NCBI GenBank assembly: GCA_030390025.1
Contig: JASTWF010000036.1
Span: 496,001-560,000 of the forward strand
Direction: 5' to 3'
From: Squalus acanthias
Lineage: Eukaryota
Length of the DNA: 64,000 nucleotides
Within the stretch, counting starts at the first letter, position 1. Every line of letters begins with the position of its first letter. The translations under genes and the position numbers were made by a program. A model generated the notes under the pieces. The model saw nothing but the letters and a program-made list of their open reading frames with translations. It ran no database searches and was not told the origin of the DNA. This document shows, piece after piece, positions 58,060 to 64,000 of this stretch.

Positions 58060-58834
58060 CAGAGAGAGAGAGAGAGAGAGACCGAATGGGTAGATGGTTT
58101 AAGAGAGAGAGAACAGAGAGAACAGAGAGAGAGAAGAGAACAGAGAGAGAGAAGAGAGAACAGAGAGAGAGAAGAGAGAACAGAGAGAGAGAGAAGAGAG
58201 AACAGAGAGAGAGAGAAGAGAGAACAGAGAGAGAGAAGAGAGAACAGAGAGAGAGAAGAGAGAGAACAGAGAGATGGACCGAATGGGTAGATGGTTTAAG
58301 AGAGCGAGAGAGAACAGAGCGAGAGAGAACAGAGAGCGAGAGAACAGAGAACAGAGAGAGAGAACAGAGAGAGAGAGAGAGAGAACAGAGAGAGAGAGAG
58401 AGAGAGAACAGAGAGAGAGAGAGAGAGAACAGAGAGAGAGAGAGAGGAAACAGAGAGAGAGAGAGAGAGAGAACAGAGAGAGAGAGAGAGAGAGAACAGA
58501 GAGAGAGAGAGAGAGAGAGAGGACAGAGAGAGAGAGAGAGAGCAGAGAGCAGAGAGCAGAGAGAGAACAGAGAGAGAACGAGATGGACTGAATGGGTAGA
58601 TGGTTTGAGAGAGCGAGCGAGCGGACAGAGAGCGAGCGAGCGGACAGAGAGCGAGCGAGCGAGCAGAGAGAGCGAGAGAGGACAGAGAGAGACTGAAGGG
58701 GAGATGGTTAAGAGAGAGAGAGAGAAACAAGAGAGAGAGAGAGAAAAAGGAGAGAGAGAAAAAGAGAGAGAGAGAGAAAAAGAGAGAGAGAAAAAGAGAG
58801 AGAGAGAGAGAGAGAGAAAAGGAGAGAGAGAGAA

Positions 58835-58865
<31 letters not shown>

Positions 58866-59091
58866 AAAGAGAGAGAGAGAAAAAGAGAGAGAGAGAAAAA
58901 GAGAGAGAGAGAGAAAAAGGAGAGAAAAAGAGAGAGAGAGAAAAGAGAGAGAGAGAAAAAAAGAGAAAAAAGAAAGAGAGAGAGAAAAAGAAAGAGAGAA
59001 AAAGAAAGAGAGAAAAAGAAAGAGAGAGAGAAAAAGAAAGAGAGAAAAAGAGAGAGAGAGAGAGAGAGAGACTGAAGGGAAGATGGTTTAA
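57781..59091 (+). repeat. Purine-rich compound array: 34-bp unit (~5-6 tandem copies) degrading into GA / GAGAACA / GAGAAAAA microsatellite
   Basis: Unit gg(g/a)ccgaatgggtagatggtttaaaaagagagat at 57781-57985; the motif recurs at ~58081, 58276, 58584, 58692, 59071 and 63970. Confidence 0.93.
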
Positions 59092-59321
59092 GAACATAAG
59101 AACATAAGAAATAGGAGCAGGAGTAGGCCAATTGGCCCCTCGAGCCTGCTCCGCCATTCAATAAGATCATGGCTGATCTGATCCTAACCTCAAATCTACT
59201 ATCACAGAACCATCTCCTGAACCTAACAGAATTGGACACACTAAATAGGAGCAGGATCAGGCTACACGGCCCCTGGGCCCGCGCCGCCACCCACAGGGCC
59301 ATGACCGATCCGAACCTAGAC

Positions 59322-62263
59322 TCATGTCCAAATTCCTGCCCGCTCCCCATAACCCTCAATTCCCTTTACTTCTAGGAAACTGTCTATTTCTGTTTTAAAT
59401 TTATTTAATGATGTAGCTTCTACAGCTTTTCGGGGCAGCATATTCCACGGACCTACCACCCTCTGAGTGAAGTAGTTCCTTCTCATCTCAGTTTTGAAAG
59501 AGCAGCCCCTTATTCTAAGACTATGCCCCCTAGTTCTAGTCTCACCCGTCATCGGGAACATCCTCCCCGCATCCACCCGATCCAACCCCTTCACAATCTT
59601 ATATGTTTCAATAAGATCGCCTCTCATTCTTCTGAACTCCAATGAGTAGAGTCCCAATCTACCCAACCTCTCCTCATATGTCCATCCCCTCATCCCCGGG
59701 ATTAACCGAGTGAACCTTCTTTGTACTGACTCGAAAGCAAGTATGTCTTTTCTTAAGTGTGGACACCAAAACTGTATGCAGTATTCCAGGTGCGGTCTCA
59801 CCAATACCGTGTACAACTGAAGCAATACCTCCCTATTTTTATATTCTATCCCCCTAGCAATGAAAGCCAACATTCCATTGGCCTTCTTAATCACTTGCTG
59901 CACCTGCATACTAACCTTTTGAGTTTCGTGCACCAGGACCCCCAGATCCCTTTGTACTTCAGTACTTTCCAGTTTCTTGCCATTTAGATAATAACTTGCT
60001 CTACTATTTTTCCTGCCAAAGTGCATAACCTCACACTTTCCAGTATTGTATTCCATCTGCCAAATCTCTGCCCACTTACTTAGCCTGTCTATGTCCCCTT
60101 GCAGATTTTTTATGTCCTCCTCACTCACTACTTTCCCTCCCATCTTAGTATCATCTGCAAACTTTGATATGTTACACTTGGTCCTTTCCTCCAAATCGTT
60201 AATATAGATTGTAAAGAGTTGGGGACCCAGCACTGACCCCTGCGGAACACCACTAGTTACCGATTGCCAGTCTGAGAATGAACCATTTATCCCAACTCTC
60301 TGCCTTCTGTTAGATAGCCAATCCTCTGTCCATGCCAGAATATTACCCCCAATCCCGTGATTTTTTATCTTAAGCAATAATCTTGTGGCACCTTGTCAAA
60401 TGCCTTTTGGAAGTCTAAATACACCACATCCACTGGTTCCCCTTTATCCACCCTGTATGTTACTTCATCAAAGAACTCCAGCAAATTTGTCAAACATGAC
60501 TTCCCCTTCATAAAACCATGCTGACTTTGTCCTATTAAATTATGATTAGTCAAATGTCCCGTTATTGTCTCCTTAATAATGGACTCCAAAATTTTACCTA
60601 CCACAGATGTTAGGCTAACCGGTCTATAGTTTCCAGCCTTCTGTCTACTGCCCTTTTTAAATAAGGGTGTTACATTAGCAGTTTTCCAGGCTGCCGGGAT
60701 CTTTGCTGAGTCCAGGGAGTTTTGGAAAATTACCAATGCATCCACAATCCCTACCGTCACTTCTCTCAAGACCCTAGGATGTAAGCCATCAGGTCCAGGT
60801 GATTTATCCGCCTTGAGTCCCATTATTTTACCGAGTACCACTTCCTTAGTGATTTTGATCGTGTTGAGCTCTTCCCCCCCCCCCCTTTAGCCCCCTGTTT
60901 GTCCAGTGTTGGGATATTCTTAGTGTCCTCTACTGTAAAGACTGATACAAAATATTCATTCAGTGTATTTGCCATCTCCATATTTCCCACCATTAATTTC
61001 CCGGTCTCATCCTCTAAGGGACCAACATTTACTTTAGCCACCCTTTTTCTTTTTATATAACTATAAAAACTCTTACTATCTGTTTTTATATTTTTTGCTA
61101 ATTTACTTTCATAATCTATCTTCCCTTTCTTAATCAATCTTTTTGTTATTTTTTGCTGTCTTTTAAAGTTTTCCCAATCCTCTATCCTCCCACTAGATCT
61201 GGCTACCTTATAAGCCCTTGTTTTTAGTTGAATACTATCCTTAATTTCTTTACTTAGCCACGGATGACTGTCTTTTCTTTTACACCCTGTTCCTCAGTGG
61301 AATATATATTTTTTGGAAGTTGTAAAATAACTCCTTAAATGTACACCACTGATCATGTATCGTCTTACCCTTTAATCTATTTTCTCAATCCACTCTACTC
61401 AATTCCGCTCGCATACCTTCATAGTCTCCTTTATTCAAGCTTAGCACGCCTGTTTGAGATCCAACCTTCTCACCCTCTAATTGAATATGGAATTCAACCA
61501 CGTTATGGTCACTCATTCCAAGGGGATCCTTTACCAGGACATTTTTAATTAATCCTGTCTCGTTACACAGGACCAGATCTAAGGTTGCTTGCCCCCTGGT
61601 CGGTTCAGTTACATACTGCTCAAGAAACCGATCCCTAATACACTCAATGAACTCATCCTCAAGGCAGCCCTGCCCAATTTGATTTGTCCAATTAATATGA
61701 TAGTTAAAATCCCCCATAATTAAAGATGTTCCCTTCTTACAAGCCTCAACTATTTCCCGATTGATACTCCGTCCAACAGAGTTGCAACTGTTCGGAGGCC
61801 TATAGACTACGCCCACTAGTGTTTTTTTCCCCTTATTATTCCTTATCTCCACCCAAACTGGTTCATTATCCTGATCTTTTGACCCAATATCATTTCTCTG
61901 TATTACAGTGATTCCTTCCTTTATTAACATAGCCACCCCACCTCCCCTTCCTTCCTGCCTGTCCTTCCTGATCGTTAAATAACCTGGTATGTTTAATTCC
62001 CAGGCATTGTCACCCTGCAGCCATGTTTCTGTAATGGCCACAAGAACATATGTAGTTATTTGTGCCATTAACTCGTCTATTTTGTTACGAATGCTACGTG
62101 CATTCAGATAGAGAACTTTCAAATATGTTTTGTGACACTTAGTTCCTGCTTTTGCCCTTTTTATTACTTTACCTTTTACTCCATACCTTCTGCCCCTTCC
62201 TGACACACTCTGGTTTTTAATTTCCCCACTGCTACCTAAGTCTATGACCGTCTCTGTTGTCAT
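59322..62263 (-). pseudogene. CR1 ORF2 (AP endonuclease and reverse transcriptase), frameshifted
   Basis: YLNARSIRNK, AITETWL, GVVYRPPN, MGDFN, SDHN; KSPGPDG, NYRPVSLTS, QHGF, YLDFQKAFDKVP, GVPQGSVLGP, KFADDTK across at least 4 ORF pieces. Confidence 0.95.
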
Positions 62264-62301
62264 TTTTATTATTTGCTCTCTAGGAACCTCCCCCCCACTA
62301 G

Positions 62302-63272
62302 TTAGTTTAAAGCCCTCTCTACAGCCCTAGTTATATGATCCGCCAGGACTCTAGTCCCAGCACTGGCCAAGTGAAGCCCGTCCCAACGGAACAGCTCCCT
62401 CATGCCCCAGTACTGGTGCCAGTGTCCCAGGAAGCCAAACCCATTTCTCCCACACTAGTCTTTGAGCCACTCATTTAACTCTCTAATTTTATTTGTCCTA
62501 GCCAAATTCGCTCATGGCTCAGGTAATAATCCAGAGATTAATACCCTTGAGGTTCTGTTTTTTAATTTGACCCCTAGCTGCTCATACTCCTTTAACAGAA
62601 CCTGCTTCCTTGTCCTATCTACGCCGTTTGTACCAACATGGACCACGACAACTGGATCCACTCCCTCCCACTGCATCCACTCCCTCCCACTGCAAGTTTT
62701 TTTCCAGCCCAGAGGAGACGTCCTTAACCCTGGCACCGGGCAGGCAACACAGCCTACGGGACTCTCGCTCTCGGCTGCAGAGAACTCTATCTATCCCCCT
62801 AATAATACTATCCCCTACCACTACAACATTTCTATTTACTCCCCCCTCTTGAATGGCCCCCCGTTCCACGGTGCTGTGGCCAGGTTGCTCATCCTCCCTG
62901 CAGTCCCTGCTCCCGTCCCCACAGGGAGTAAGAACCTCGAACTTGTCGGACAAGAGCAAGGGCCGCGGCTCCTCCAACACCACCTCCCGGATCCCCGTAC
63001 CTGCCTCGCTCGTAGTCACACTGTCCTGTCCCTGACCATGGTCTACATCTGAATTCATTAACTTCATAGGTGTGACCACCTCCTAAAACACAAAGTCCAG
63101 GTACTTCTCCCCCTCCCTGATGCGTCAGTGTCTGAAGCTCAGACTCCAGCTCATCAATACGGAGCCGGAGTTCCTGTAGCAGCAGACACTCGTCACAGAC
63201 GTAATCACCGTGAGCCTCAATGGGGTCCACCGGCTCCCACATCTCGCAACAGTAACACATCACCTGCTCCAT
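62302..63272 (-). pseudogene. CR1 ORF1 (zinc finger / leucine-zipper and SGNH esterase), frameshifted
   Basis: CYCCEMW…VCDECLLLQELRLRIDELESEL; VVVVGDSIIRG, CCLPGARVKDV, VVVHVGTN, VLISGLLP; ends RAVERALN*. Confidence 0.9.
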
Positions 63273-64000
63273 TCTATGTAATTAATTCCATTTGTTACTG
63301 TTAGTTATGGCCACTCTCTGCCCGATTATAGATGCTGGTATCCCCTCTAATTAATTGGCTTTAAATTAAATCAATCCCTCTAAATTACACCAGTTAAATG
63401 GTTTACCAACAGTCACTCTGCACCAGAAAGGCCTTATTAACTAGAACCCACAGAGTTGAAGTTTAAAAAGAGAGAAATACTCACCAACCAATTCCTTACC
63501 TGCTTTCTGGTGACGTCACACCTCGATTATTTTGACCTCCCTCCCTCCGTCCAAGTTGGGAGACTGGTCCCGCCTTACCTGGTCTCTGGAGCCTTTTCAA
63601 CCCTCTGCCGCCACCTGGCCTCAGGCAGGTCCGCCGCCGCACCAGGAAGCTGACAAAGATGGAAAAAGGAAGGCCCCCTCCCCGAACTCACTCACTCACC
63701 GAACTCCCTCACACCCCAAACTCGCAATTTAGCACTCTATCCCAAGCCTGCACTCCCTGACAAACTGTACGCGAGTCTCCCTTCTTTATACTGCTGAGAT
63801 TTAAGTCAGTGAGCTCTCTGGCAGTTCCAGAACCAGATTCGACCAGTTAATTAATTAATTCCTATCACCTGCTCTCCAGCACAGAGCTTGCTGAGCCCTG
63901 CCCAAGCCTGGAAGAAACTTCAAACTTGAAACAGTAAATTTAATTGCTAATTGCAAGCACACAAGATAGACTGAAGGGTAGATGGTTTAAGAGAGAGATA

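Larger units (their letters stand above)
59092..63967 (-). mobile_element. Essentially full-length CR1 LINE (~4.9 kb), inactivated by frameshifts
   Basis: 5' UTR, ORF1, ORF2 (APE and RT), doubled 3' UTR and (aacataag)2 tail; a flanking 25-bp direct repeat is present. Confidence 0.95.

Overview
Eukaryotic, repeat-saturated genomic window, very likely from a cartilaginous fish (shark). The evidence is the HE1-like V-SINE, the SacSINE1-like DeuSINEs and many CR1 LINEs. I could not identify an intact host protein-coding gene, and almost every ORF in the track is either a decayed retrotransposon ORF or a translation artefact of tandem repeats. The window holds about 25 CR1 LINE pieces, including one essentially full-length copy at 59.1-64.0 kb (zinc-finger/SGNH-esterase ORF1, APE-RT ORF2). 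It also holds L2 and RTE fragments, about 10 tRNA-headed DeuSINEs, one HE1 SINE, two TIR (Harbinger-like) non-autonomous elements, large microsatellites and a 200-N gap. The most notable structure is a Penelope-like insertion at 55.5-56.5 kb built as a ~345-bp inverted repeat with a 14-bp TSD and a minimal hammerhead ribozyme in each arm; a third hammerhead copy with a compensatory stem change lies at 17.9 kb. Short internal segments of unrelated retroelements have repeatedly expanded into minisatellites: a 33-bp unit in the SINE, a 37/38-bp unit from L2 ORF2 (up to an 8.5-kb array with higher-order structure) and 51- or 40-bp units from CR1 ORF2. One CR1 subfamily carries two stacked 3' tails. 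There are also a few weak candidate exons. Coordinates, copy numbers and family names come from reading by eye and from recalled consensus features, not from database searches.
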